Part shown: piece after piece, positions 43,580 through 52,132 of the stretch
Layout: each line of letters begins with the position of its first letter
Position numbering within the stretch: position 1 is the first letter of the stretch
Source: Patescibacteria group bacterium
GTDB lineage: Bacteria > Patescibacteriota > Minisyncoccia > Moranbacterales > UBA2206
Direction of reading: 5' to 3'
NCBI GenBank assembly: GCA_022709735.1
Contig: JAKLIG010000004.1
Coordinates: 66,240-118,704 of the forward strand
DNA length: 52,465 nt
Translations under genes and position numbers: made by a program
Notes under the pieces: model-generated
What the model was told of the DNA's origin: nothing
Databases searched by the model: none
Seen by the model: the letters and a program-made list of their open reading frames with translations, nothing else

Positions 43580-46087
43580 TTATTTTAACTTTCCCACCGC
43601 TTTTTTGAACTCGTCCCCTTTTTCTTCAAAATTTTTCCACAAACTATAACTCGGAGAAGCTGTTGAGAGGAGACAAACTGATCCTTCGGGCGTGTATTTA
43701 TAAGCAAACTCGACCGCTTTTCTCATACTTTTAGTGTTGAAAACTCTAAAAAAATTATTCTTTTTCAAAATTCTTTTTCCGCTGTCCGGGAATAAAACAA
43801 TATTTTCTATTTTATGTTTTTTCAATTGCTTTTCCAATTCCCTAAAATCATATCCGCGATCTTCTCCGCCAAGCATTATAGTTTTAACACCTGGAATTGC
43901 TTCAAGCGCCGCGATAGTTGACTGCGGAGTAGTAGAGATGGCATCATCATAAAATTTTATTCCTCTAAACTCTCCCACAAACTCTAGGCGATGAGGCAGT
44001 GACTGAAATTCTTCTACTGCCTTTTTAATTATCTTATCAGATATTTTTAAAATTCTTGCCACTGCGATAGCTGCTTTTATGTTATTTTCATTATGTTTTC
44101 CTATTAGCGAATAACTAAGACCTTTTAAATTTATACTTTTATCAAATGGAACAGTCTTTGCTTTCGCTTCTCGGGCTAAAGTTTTTAGTTTTTTGTCACT
44201 TTCATTGTAGACAAAATAATTCCAAGGGTTTTGAAATTTGATTATTTTGCTCTTAGCTTCGTAATATTTTTCCGTATTACCATGATAATTCATATGCTCA
44301 GGAAAGAGATTTGTCATCACTGCAATATCAGGCGAATATTGAATATCATCCAATTGATAACTGGAAAGTTCCGCCACAAAAATTTCATCACTAGCGACTG
44401 GCTTCATCAGAACATTCAGCATCGGATTCCCTATATTCCCCAACAATTTTACTTTTTTTCCTGCCTTTTTTAAAACAAAATAAATCAAAGAAGCGGTCGT
44501 GCTCTTACCTTTGCTTCCAGTCACCCCGATTATTTTATTTTTTATTTGAGAAAAAAATAAATTTGTAGCGGTCGTATATGGAACATTTAAAAATCTTTTT
44601 GATATTCCCGGAGTTTTTATTACTAAATCAAAATTGGCTTGTTTTTCTAAATAATTTTGACCGTTTTTTTTGTCAGCAATCCCTATTTTTATTTTCGGAT
44701 AAAATTTATTTATGTATTTCTTGGTAGCCATTCCCTCTTTGCCATAGCCTAATATCAAAACATTTTTCATTCCAAAAAATTTGAAATTTGCTGGCATCGT
44801 CTGCGAAGGATTAGTTTTAAAAACTTTTTCCACTAATTTTTCAGGATTATTTATCCGACTTAGAAAGGTTTTTAAAATCAAACTGTCTTTGAATTTATTT
44901 TTTGCCAAGAAAATGGCCGCTCTAGCCTCGTCAAATGTTCCTACGCAATCAAAAGGTTTCATTTTCCCATAACCTAATATGTCCGCAAAAACAGGAAGTA
45001 AATTCTTTTCTTCAAATAAGTTTTTGCCAAAAATTTTGACGACTTCTTCTTTTCTCAAAAAAGCTGCCAGCATGGTAAAAACAAAAGCACATTTAGCACA
45101 TTCTCCACACCATAAAGTTTTTGGGCGATCTTTTTTTATCCTGAAACTTCGATTACAACTTGTGAAAAAAGGAAAATATTTTTTGTATTTTGAAAACATT
45201 TCTGCAATACGAATTTCATAAAATGGACGCAACAGTGAAAAATAAAGCACATCCGGACAAATAAATTCCCGCGTATAATCTTGAAAGATTTCCTCAAATT
45301 CTAGCGATTTACTCCACTGATGATTTATATTTTCTCCAAAATATTTTACATTTCCAAAATTACTACTATATTCATTGGCCACTATTACATATGAATAATC
45401 GCATATGACCGCCATAGTATAGCCCAAAAAAGCAAAAATTGCCGAGATAGGAACATGGCCATTATAAGCGCCTTCGTGTTCCTGAAATATTTTTTCGTCT
45501 AAGCATCTTTCGATAATCAGCGAATTTATGCCAATTTTTTGAATTAGTCCCTCTGCAATTGAAGATTTTTTCTGAGTTTCGACTACCATTGCAGTGGCAT
45601 CTATTTTATTTTCTTTCAAAAGTTCTGCTACAACAATTGAATCTTTTCCTCCTCCAATTCCAAGAAGGACGCGATTTTTTCTAGGCAAATGGAATGGCTC
45701 CAAACTAACTTTATTGCTATAAGGAAAATTAATTAAATTTTTAAAATTTATTTTATTCACATAAAAAAATTCGCCTAAGCCTTTTTTATAAACTGCATTC
45801 CAAAAATCAGCCTGTTTTTTCGACAAGGAAACATTTAATTTAAATTTCGGCGGACAATATAGTTTATAATAACTGACTCCCAACACTATGTGCAGATTTG
45901 AAAGCAAGCTATCGAGAAGTTTTTGCGAAATTTTATTTGCAAAAAAAGGTTTTGGAAAAATTATAGTTTCTGTGAAAACAAGCGGCTCTCTGTTTGAAAA
46001 TTCGATTTTGTAATTAAATAAAAGCTTCCTGATTTGAGGATTAAAATTATAAGAAGTAAATTCAAAACTTTTCGCAACAGGTTGCAT
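43580..46087 (-). CDS. murD: fusion protein: N-terminal PP-loop ATPase-like domain (MurL-like candidate) plus C-terminal UDP-MurNAc-L-Ala--glutamate ligase (MurD)
   Basis: C-terminal half: VLILGYGKEGMA, GVTGSKGKSTT, LPHRLEFV, LGGEDRGYDF (MurD pattern). N-terminal ~440 aa: LLGIGGGKDS (PP-loop), WCGECAKC. Confidence 0.8.
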   Translation of the reverse strand: MQPVAKSFEFTSYNFNPQIRKLLFNYKIEFSNREPLVFTETIIFPKPFFANKISQKLLDSLLSNLHIVLGVSYYKLYCPPKFKLNVSLSKKQADFWNAVYKKGLGEFFYVNKINFKNLINFPYSNKVSLEPFHLPRKNRVLLGIGGGKDSIVVAELLKENKIDATAMVVETQKKSSIAEGLIQKIGINSLIIERCLDEKIFQEHEGAYNGHVPISAIFAFLGYTMAVICDYSYVIVANEYSSNFGNVKYFGENINHQWSKSLEFEEIFQDYTREFICPDVLYFSLLRPFYEIRIAEMFSKYKKYFPFFTSCNRSFRIKKDRPKTLWCGECAKCAFVFTMLAAFLRKEEVVKIFGKNLFEEKNLLPVFADILGYGKMKPFDCVGTFDEARAAIFLAKNKFKDSLILKTFLSRINNPEKLVEKVFKTNPSQTMPANFKFFGMKNVLILGYGKEGMATKKYINKFYPKIKIGIADKKNGQNYLEKQANFDLVIKTPGISKRFLNVPYTTATNLFFSQIKNKIIGVTGSKGKSTTASLIYFVLKKAGKKVKLLGNIGNPMLNVLMKPVASDEIFVAELSSYQLDDIQYSPDIAVMTNLFPEHMNYHGNTEKYYEAKSKIIKFQNPWNYFVYNESDKKLKTLAREAKAKTVPFDKSINLKGLSYSLIGKHNENNIKAAIAVARILKISDKIIKKAVEEFQSLPHRLEFVGEFRGIKFYDDAISTTPQSTIAALEAIPGVKTIMLGGEDRGYDFRELEKQLKKHKIENIVLFPDSGKRILKKNNFFRVFNTKSMRKAVEFAYKYTPEGSVCLLSTASPSYSLWKNFEEKGDEFKKAVGKLK

Positions 46088-46097
46088 AAAATTTTTC

Positions 46098-46125
46098 GCT
46101 GAGGGAATTAGATAATTCCCTCAGC
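46098..46125 (-). promoter_or_regulatory. perfect 12-bp hairpin 10 nt upstream of the murD-fusion start
   Basis: gctgagggaatt-agat-aattccctcagc. On the minus strand it is followed by gaaaaattttATG. Confidence 0.5.
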
Positions 46126-46138
46126 TAATTATTAACCG

Positions 46139-46333
46139 TCATTCCACACCGCTTTTTATCACCATTCCAGGATAATTCACCATGATAGATAATCCATTGA
46201 CTTTTCCAAAACTTTGCCGCATTCTTCTTACGACCCCTTCTACATCATCTTGCTCGAAATATTCCGGACTAGTTGGCCAAATATATTCTTTTTTATGATT
46301 TTTGCCATTATTCAGATCACTATCGCTACTCAT
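46139..46333 (-). CDS. hypothetical protein (64 aa)
   Basis: AAGGAGG lies 8 nt upstream of the ATG. No recognisable motif. Confidence 0.55.
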   Translation of the reverse strand: MSSDSDLNNGKNHKKEYIWPTSPEYFEQDDVEGVVRRMRQSFGKVNGLSIMVNYPGMVIKSGVE

Positions 46334-46400
46334 AAAAAAACCTCCTTTATTTAGAAAGATCGGTTAATTATTTGTTTATCTAAGCACAGAAATTTTAAAA

Positions 46401-47975
46401 TTACAATCTTTTTATAATCCTTCCATCTCTCGCTCCATCATACTTCCCGTCTTGAATAACCATTTTACCATTTACAAAAGAATAATCAATACCGCGCGAA
46501 TATTGATACGGCCGGTCTTTGTCGGCTGGAGAAGCAATCTTATTTTTATCCAAGACTAAAATGTCGGCAAAATATCCCTTCTCTAGTTTTCCTCTCTTCG
46601 CGATTCCAAATTTTTCCGCTGGGAATGCTGTCATTTTTCTAATTGCTTCTTCCATGGTTATAATTTTTTCTTGATTTACATATTTTTCCAAAACTTTTAT
46701 GAAAGTTCCAAATGATCTTGGATGAACTAACTCTCCAGTCTTGGCATGATTCAAATTATAGCCAGCGCCATTTGAAGCAATCATGGAAAACGGGTGAATG
46801 ATTGCCTTTCTAATATTATCTTCGCTTAAAGTTTCCATCGAAGTTATCACTCTTCCTTCTGAAGCAATCAAAACATCAATAATTGCTTCCTCCACTGACT
46901 TATTTTGCGAATCAGCAATCTCGGTTATTTTTCGGCGAGCCAAAGTTTTATTGAGAGGGCTCGCTGCAATTTCAATTTTTTTGTATTCAAAACCGGATTT
47001 TTTCATTTCAGTTATAACCTTGGCGCGAATAATTGGATCTTTCAAACGATGAAGCATTATTTTTCTTCCGCCTTCCGCTACCCAAGACGGAAACATCGCA
47101 TAAAGAACCGACCCGGTGCTGGTGTATGGATAAACATCAAAGGAAATATCTATGCCGGCTTCGCGCGCGCGGGAAATATAGGCCAAAGCTTCATCCATTT
47201 TCGCCCAATTCTTTTTTCCCATTACCTTAAGATGAGAAATGTGAAGTTTCATTTTGGCTTCCCGCCCTATTTTTACCGCTTCCTCGATTGACTGCACCAC
47301 TTCCTGCGCTTCATCACGAATATGCGTCACATAAACTCCGCCATATTTTTTGACAATGCTGGCAAGACTTAGCAATTCTTCGCCTGTTGCTAGTCGGGCA
47401 TGAGTATAAATAAGTCCGGAAGAAATTCCCAGCGCTCCCGCTTTCATCGAGTCTTTTAACATTTTTTCGATAAATCTAAGCTCCTTGGGATTTGGAGCGC
47501 GCAATTCATCTTTCAAGATTCCGCGCCGCAAATTTTCGTGTCCGATGAGCGTGGCAAAATTCACAGAAAACTTTTTATTTTCCAAAAAATCAAAAAATTC
47601 CTGAAGCGTGAGCCAGCTGAAACTAATATTTTTCAGTTCTACCCATTTTTGAATTGATTCAATAGCAGAAGGCGTGGCAAGAGGCGCCAGTGATGATCCG
47701 CAAGCTCCGCCAACAATAGTTGTGATGCCTTGATACGCCAGACTTTCCAAATCCGGATTCAAAAATATCTGCCAGAAAGTATCGCTGTGATTGTTAATAT
47801 CCACAAAACCGGGACAAACAATTTTTCCATTCGCATCAATTTCAATTTCTCCTTTTTCATTATGAAGCTCGCCGATTTTTACAATTTTATCTTCCTTGAT
47901 CGCAACATCCGCCAAAAATCCGGCTTGCCCCGTGCCATCAATTATTTTTCCGTTTTTTATGAGAATATCATACAT
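46401..47975 (-). CDS. N-acyl-D-amino-acid deacylase (D-aminoacylase) family amidohydrolase
   Basis: YDILIKNGKIIDGTG...DVAIKEDKIVKIG...CPGFVDINNHSD N-terminal pattern. 524 aa. Confidence 0.85.
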   Translation of the reverse strand: MYDILIKNGKIIDGTGQAGFLADVAIKEDKIVKIGELHNEKGEIEIDANGKIVCPGFVDINNHSDTFWQIFLNPDLESLAYQGITTIVGGACGSSLAPLATPSAIESIQKWVELKNISFSWLTLQEFFDFLENKKFSVNFATLIGHENLRRGILKDELRAPNPKELRFIEKMLKDSMKAGALGISSGLIYTHARLATGEELLSLASIVKKYGGVYVTHIRDEAQEVVQSIEEAVKIGREAKMKLHISHLKVMGKKNWAKMDEALAYISRAREAGIDISFDVYPYTSTGSVLYAMFPSWVAEGGRKIMLHRLKDPIIRAKVITEMKKSGFEYKKIEIAASPLNKTLARRKITEIADSQNKSVEEAIIDVLIASEGRVITSMETLSEDNIRKAIIHPFSMIASNGAGYNLNHAKTGELVHPRSFGTFIKVLEKYVNQEKIITMEEAIRKMTAFPAEKFGIAKRGKLEKGYFADILVLDKNKIASPADKDRPYQYSRGIDYSFVNGKMVIQDGKYDGARDGRIIKRL

Positions 47976-47983
47976 AAATTTAT

Positions 47984-48976
47984 TTATTTGCTAATAAACT
48001 CCGCCATTTCAACTAATCGATTTGAATATCCCCATTCATTGTCATACCAGCCGACAACTTTCACTAGTTTTCCATTTGCCATTGTGAGAGGTAAATCGAC
48101 AATTACGCTGGCTGGATCGCCTTTGAAATCCATTGAAACCAATCCTTCGTCGTTTACAGTTAAAATATTTTTAAGCCCGTTTTTTGAAGCTTCCAAAAAA
48201 GCATTGTTAATTTCGGAAGCGGTCGCTTCTTTTTTAAGATTACAAATAAAATCTACAATTGAAACTGTTGGCGTTGGAACACGAAGAGATATGCCGTCTA
48301 AATTTCCGGCCAGGTGTGGGATAACTTTTCCAACTGTTTTGGCTGCGCCAGTCGTCGTTGGAATAATATTCAGTGCCGCAGCTCGCGCCCTCCGAAGATC
48401 TTTATGAGGCAAATCTTGCAATCTCTGATCATTAGTGTATGAATGTGTCGTTGTCATAAAACCTTTTTCCACTCCAAAAATTTCGTCTAAAACTTTTATC
48501 ATTGGAGCAAGACAATTAGTTGTGCAAGAACCATTGGAAATAATATTCTCTCCTTTATATTCATCCGCGTTTACTCCCAAAAGATAAACCGGCGTGTCAT
48601 CCTTGGCCGGCGCGCTCATCACGACTTTTTTTGCTCCTGCTTCCAGATGTTTTCCTAATTTTTCTTGCGTGTTAAAAATTCCGGTGCATTCCAAAACTAC
48701 ATCTACTCCTAAATCTTTCCACGGCAATTTTTCCGGATCTGGTTCCATAAAATATTTAATCTTTTTTCCATCAACAATCAGTTCTGAATTTTTTTCGTCG
48801 ATTGAAACTTCTTTTTCATATTTGCCATAGGAAGAATCGTATTTCAAAAGATGCGCGGCAGTTTTGAGATCTGTTAGATCATTTATCGCCACCACTTCAA
48901 TACCTTCTTTTCCAAAAGCGATTTTGAGACTCGGTCGGCCAATCCGGCCAAAACCATTGATTGCAAGCTTAATCAT
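47984..48976 (-). CDS. gap: glyceraldehyde-3-phosphate dehydrogenase (type I)
   Basis: INGFGRIGR, SNGSCTTNCLAP active site, WYDNEWGYS. Confidence 0.95.
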   Translation of the reverse strand: MIKLAINGFGRIGRPSLKIAFGKEGIEVVAINDLTDLKTAAHLLKYDSSYGKYEKEVSIDEKNSELIVDGKKIKYFMEPDPEKLPWKDLGVDVVLECTGIFNTQEKLGKHLEAGAKKVVMSAPAKDDTPVYLLGVNADEYKGENIISNGSCTTNCLAPMIKVLDEIFGVEKGFMTTTHSYTNDQRLQDLPHKDLRRARAAALNIIPTTTGAAKTVGKVIPHLAGNLDGISLRVPTPTVSIVDFICNLKKEATASEINNAFLEASKNGLKNILTVNDEGLVSMDFKGDPASVIVDLPLTMANGKLVKVVGWYDNEWGYSNRLVEMAEFISK

Positions 48977-49002
48977 AATTTTTGAATTTTTGAATTTTGT
49001 AA

Positions 49003-49090
49003 TTTTTAAATAATTTCTAATGTTTTAATGTTAAAAAATTAAGAAATTAAGATTTATTTACAAAATTAAGAATTATAAAATTTAAAAATT
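49003..49090 (+). repeat. AT-rich ~90-nt repeat, copy 2 (between gap start and the hypA-like stop)
   Basis: See copy 1 at 9133-9229. Confidence 0.7.
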
Positions 49091-49101
49091 TTCTGTTTTT
49101 A

Positions 49102-49377
49102 TTATATCTCAATATTGACTATTTTCCAATTTTCTCCGGCTACCTTTTTTATATTAAACTTTACGCCGGAAAAAGCCGTGTTTTTTGCAATATTTTGAAG
49201 TCCAAATTGCAAATTATCCAAAGAAATGTCTTCTGCATGCTCTTCGTATCCATCATGAGCCAACGCTATTTGCCCAATTTCAATATCAACACTCTTAATT
49301 TCCCCAAGTTTTTTTTCTTGGGAAATTTTTTTCAGTTCATCAATTATTTCTTTGGCTAAAAGAAAATCATGCACCAA
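49102..49377 (-). CDS. HypA-like protein lacking the zinc-ribbon module
   Basis: MVHDFLLAKEIIDELKKISQEKKLGEIKSVDIEIGQIA resembles the HypA N-terminal Ni-binding domain. 91 aa, no Cys at all. Confidence 0.5.
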   Translation of the reverse strand: MVHDFLLAKEIIDELKKISQEKKLGEIKSVDIEIGQIALAHDGYEEHAEDISLDNLQFGLQNIAKNTAFSGVKFNIKKVAGENWKIVNIEI

Positions 49378-49534
49378 TTTTGTCCGCGAAGTATGAGCGG
49401 CAACAAAATTGAGTGTCCCGCATCAATTCGCAGTAAAATATTATATTATTATAAACTAAGCCGAAGGCGACCACGCACACAAAACCAAAAACTAAATAAA
49501 TCTCTGTCGGAATTGATGCTGGGACTATCCTTTT

Positions 49535-49912
49535 TTAACTCTTCCACAGTCCATGTACATTGCAATAAGCGCGCGCGGAAATTCGCTCGGCTTCCAGGCA
49601 AAATTCGGCTGACGGCTCCTGACCAGGTTCAAGATGCTTTCTATAAACACGATGTTCTGTGATCACTTCAATCCATTCGATATAATGTGTCGATTCCATT
49701 GGATGCGGAACTTTTCCGACGCTCACAATTACGCCAATCGCTGTTTTTTCAATGACCGGCACATGTTTTTCCATTCCTTCATCCTGCGTTTTTTCCTGCT
49801 TTAGTTCCATTGGTTGTCCGCAACAAACCAATTGCCCCGCTCCATTATGCGCCATCTCGACAATGTTTCCGCAAACATTACATTTATAAATTTGATTTAA
49901 TTCGGTTGCCAT
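49535..49912 (-). CDS. dfx: desulfoferrodoxin (2Fe superoxide reductase)
   Basis: N-terminal desulforedoxin motif CNVCGN...CCG, then KHVPVIE...H...C..H centre II pattern. GC-richer than its surroundings. Confidence 0.9.
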   Translation of the reverse strand: MATELNQIYKCNVCGNIVEMAHNGAGQLVCCGQPMELKQEKTQDEGMEKHVPVIEKTAIGVIVSVGKVPHPMESTHYIEWIEVITEHRVYRKHLEPGQEPSAEFCLEAERISARAYCNVHGLWKS

Positions 49913-49930
49913 ATATTTTAAATTAAAAAA

Positions 49931-51190
49931 TTAATGTACTGCACAGCTTATGCAAGGATCATACGCCCGGATAAACGCGCGCATTTTTCTCTCTCGATCC
50001 TTGCCTTTTAATTTTATTATTCTCGGAATATACTCGGCAATATCTTCTTCTAGGTTCGACAAAAATTGAGCAGTTGGCGTAATTATATTTACATTTTTAA
50101 TATATCCTTTCGCATCAATTTCCGTGTGATAATAAAGCGTGCCTCGTGGCGCTTCCACGGCTGCCGCGCCCGATCCTTCTTTCGTTTCATATGATTTCGT
50201 CAAAGAATTTTCTAAATTGCAGTGCAATACTTGCCTAATAAGATATGAGGATTCTTCTATCGCATGGATCACTTCCGTCATTTGCGCCAAAATATTATTA
50301 AACGGATTGTAATTCGGGAATTTCCATTTCAAACTTTCTAAATATTTATGTGCTTCCGGTCGCAATTTATTTCGATTAAGATTAATTCTGGCAATTGCGC
50401 CAATCATATAACTTTTTCCATTGTGTTCCACTCTTTTTATCACTTCCTTTTGTTTTTGGAGTTCCTGAAAATTATTTTCGAAATTCAAAACTGGAATGTG
50501 CAGGCCTTGGTTTGAAATAATATCCCCGTCATAAATTGCATATTTCCCGGATTTGGAAAGACTCACATATTCCGTCTCGCGCGAAAAGTCCGGTAATTTT
50601 ATTTTTTTGAAAAAATTTCCAAGTACCATAGCTTCTTCTAGGACTTCTTTTGAAGAAAAAACTATTTTCTTGAGCGCATCGGCATTGGGAATTTTTTTGA
50701 ACCCGCCAACTTCATTATTCAAAGGATGAATTACCCGTCCGCCAATCACTTTTATTATTTCCATTCCATATTCGCGAATCCGCATCGCCTTTTTTGCCAT
50801 TTCCGGATATTTTTCCACTAATTTCAAATCATTTTCAATATCAAAAAAATCAGCCAAAGACAAAAAGAAAAGATGAAGTGCGTGCGAATGGATAATCTGC
50901 CCCAGTTCCATAATTTCGCGAAGTTTTTTTGTTTCTTCACTCACTTGGACCCCCAGCGCGTTTTCGATAGATTTAATAGAAGTCAAATTATGAACCACCG
51001 GGCAAATTCCGCAAATTCTTTGCGCCACAACCGGCATATCTTTGAAATGTCGGCCGATTAAAACTCCTTCGATAAGACGAATTCCTTCCTGAACTTCTAT
51101 TTTAGAAGATTTTACATCGCCTTGAAGAACGCTGGCCATAAAACCAGCATGTCCTTCCATTTTTGCAATATGATTTATTTTTATTTGCAT
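49931..51190 (-). CDS. [NiFe]-hydrogenase large subunit (group 3-like)
   Basis: N-terminal RICGICPVVH and C-terminal DPCISCAVH Ni-Fe ligands. 419 aa. The protein ends at the His. Confidence 0.9.
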   Translation of the reverse strand: MQIKINHIAKMEGHAGFMASVLQGDVKSSKIEVQEGIRLIEGVLIGRHFKDMPVVAQRICGICPVVHNLTSIKSIENALGVQVSEETKKLREIMELGQIIHSHALHLFFLSLADFFDIENDLKLVEKYPEMAKKAMRIREYGMEIIKVIGGRVIHPLNNEVGGFKKIPNADALKKIVFSSKEVLEEAMVLGNFFKKIKLPDFSRETEYVSLSKSGKYAIYDGDIISNQGLHIPVLNFENNFQELQKQKEVIKRVEHNGKSYMIGAIARINLNRNKLRPEAHKYLESLKWKFPNYNPFNNILAQMTEVIHAIEESSYLIRQVLHCNLENSLTKSYETKEGSGAAAVEAPRGTLYYHTEIDAKGYIKNVNIITPTAQFLSNLEEDIAEYIPRIIKLKGKDRERKMRAFIRAYDPCISCAVH

Positions 51191-51195
51191 AAATT

Positions 51196-52062
51196 TTATA
51201 TCATCTTAACACTTTTCTCCTCGATATCATCACGAAGCCCATATATTTCTGAAACATTTTCAAACTCTTCATCAGTCATCATATTTTTAAGTGTGGCGCG
51301 CATTGCTTGGATATTTCCGCCTGGCCGAAGTCCCCGACAACCTTGGCACATCATTTTTGAACTTGGGCAAACTGCATCGCAACCGCCCAAAATCATCGGC
51401 CCAAAGCACGGTTTCTTATCCAGAAGCAAACACCGGTTGCCTTTTTTCTTACATTCTACGCAAACTGGCTGATCCGAAATAGTTGGAATTTTATTTTTTA
51501 AAAGTTCCGGCATATATTTCAAAAATTCTTCGGAATTTATTGGGCACCCAGGAAAAACAAAATCCACTTTCACAAAATTATCGATTTCTTTGATATCCAA
51601 ATTGGAAACTCCTTGGATATATTTATACACATGCTTAATGGTGTTGGATCTTTCTTGATAGTTTTTAATTTCCGGCACTCCGCCCATCGCCGCACAATTT
51701 CCAAGCGCCACCAAAAGATTGCTTCTCTTTCTAGCTCTCATCAAAGTTTTCACATTTCCTTTCGTCACCGGATTACCTTCTACTAAAACTAAATCCAGTT
51801 TGGTTTTCTCTTCGTCTTCCTCGTCTTCAATCAATCTAAAATCAACCATTTCAACGCTACTGGCAAAATCTAAAAATTTTTGTCCTAAATCCAAAAGCGC
51901 AAACTGACAACCTTCGCAGGAAGTCAAACTTATAATAGCCACCTTCGGTTTTTTAATTTTCTTTCTATTTTCCACTGAAACTTTTATTTTTATTTCAACA
52001 TCAGAAGATTTTTTTTTCAGAAAAGATTTTTTCGTTTTTGTCTTGGGCATAATTATTTTCAA
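51196..52062 (-). CDS. [NiFe]-hydrogenase small subunit (group 3 delta-like, three FeS clusters)
   Basis: LTSCEGCQ, GNCA, PGCP proximal-cluster motifs, and a C-terminal Cys-rich region CVECKKKGNRC...CFGPMILGGCDAVCP...CQGC. No twin-arginine signal. Confidence 0.85.
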   Translation of the reverse strand: MKIIMPKTKTKKSFLKKKSSDVEIKIKVSVENRKKIKKPKVAIISLTSCEGCQFALLDLGQKFLDFASSVEMVDFRLIEDEEDEEKTKLDLVLVEGNPVTKGNVKTLMRARKRSNLLVALGNCAAMGGVPEIKNYQERSNTIKHVYKYIQGVSNLDIKEIDNFVKVDFVFPGCPINSEEFLKYMPELLKNKIPTISDQPVCVECKKKGNRCLLLDKKPCFGPMILGGCDAVCPSSKMMCQGCRGLRPGGNIQAMRATLKNMMTDEEFENVSEIYGLRDDIEEKSVKMI

Positions 52063-52132
52063 GTTTAATATCCTAAATTATAACACACTTCTCTTTCTTA
52101 TTTTCTCTAATGTTTTATTTTTGACTCCTCCT

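Noticed and set aside
47730-48407. 225-aa + strand ORF spanning the D-aminoacylase/gap junction, and similar long antisense ORFs (33546-33998+, 18993-19412-, 46905-47291+, 24767-25144-)
   Set aside because: They are antisense to genes with strong family motifs, have low-complexity translations and no RBS. They are typical shadow ORFs.
51196-52062. Periplasmic (Tat-exported) uptake hydrogenase
   Set aside because: The small subunit N-terminus is Lys-rich with no RRxFxK twin-arginine motif. The subunit sizes and motifs fit cytoplasmic group 3-type enzymes.
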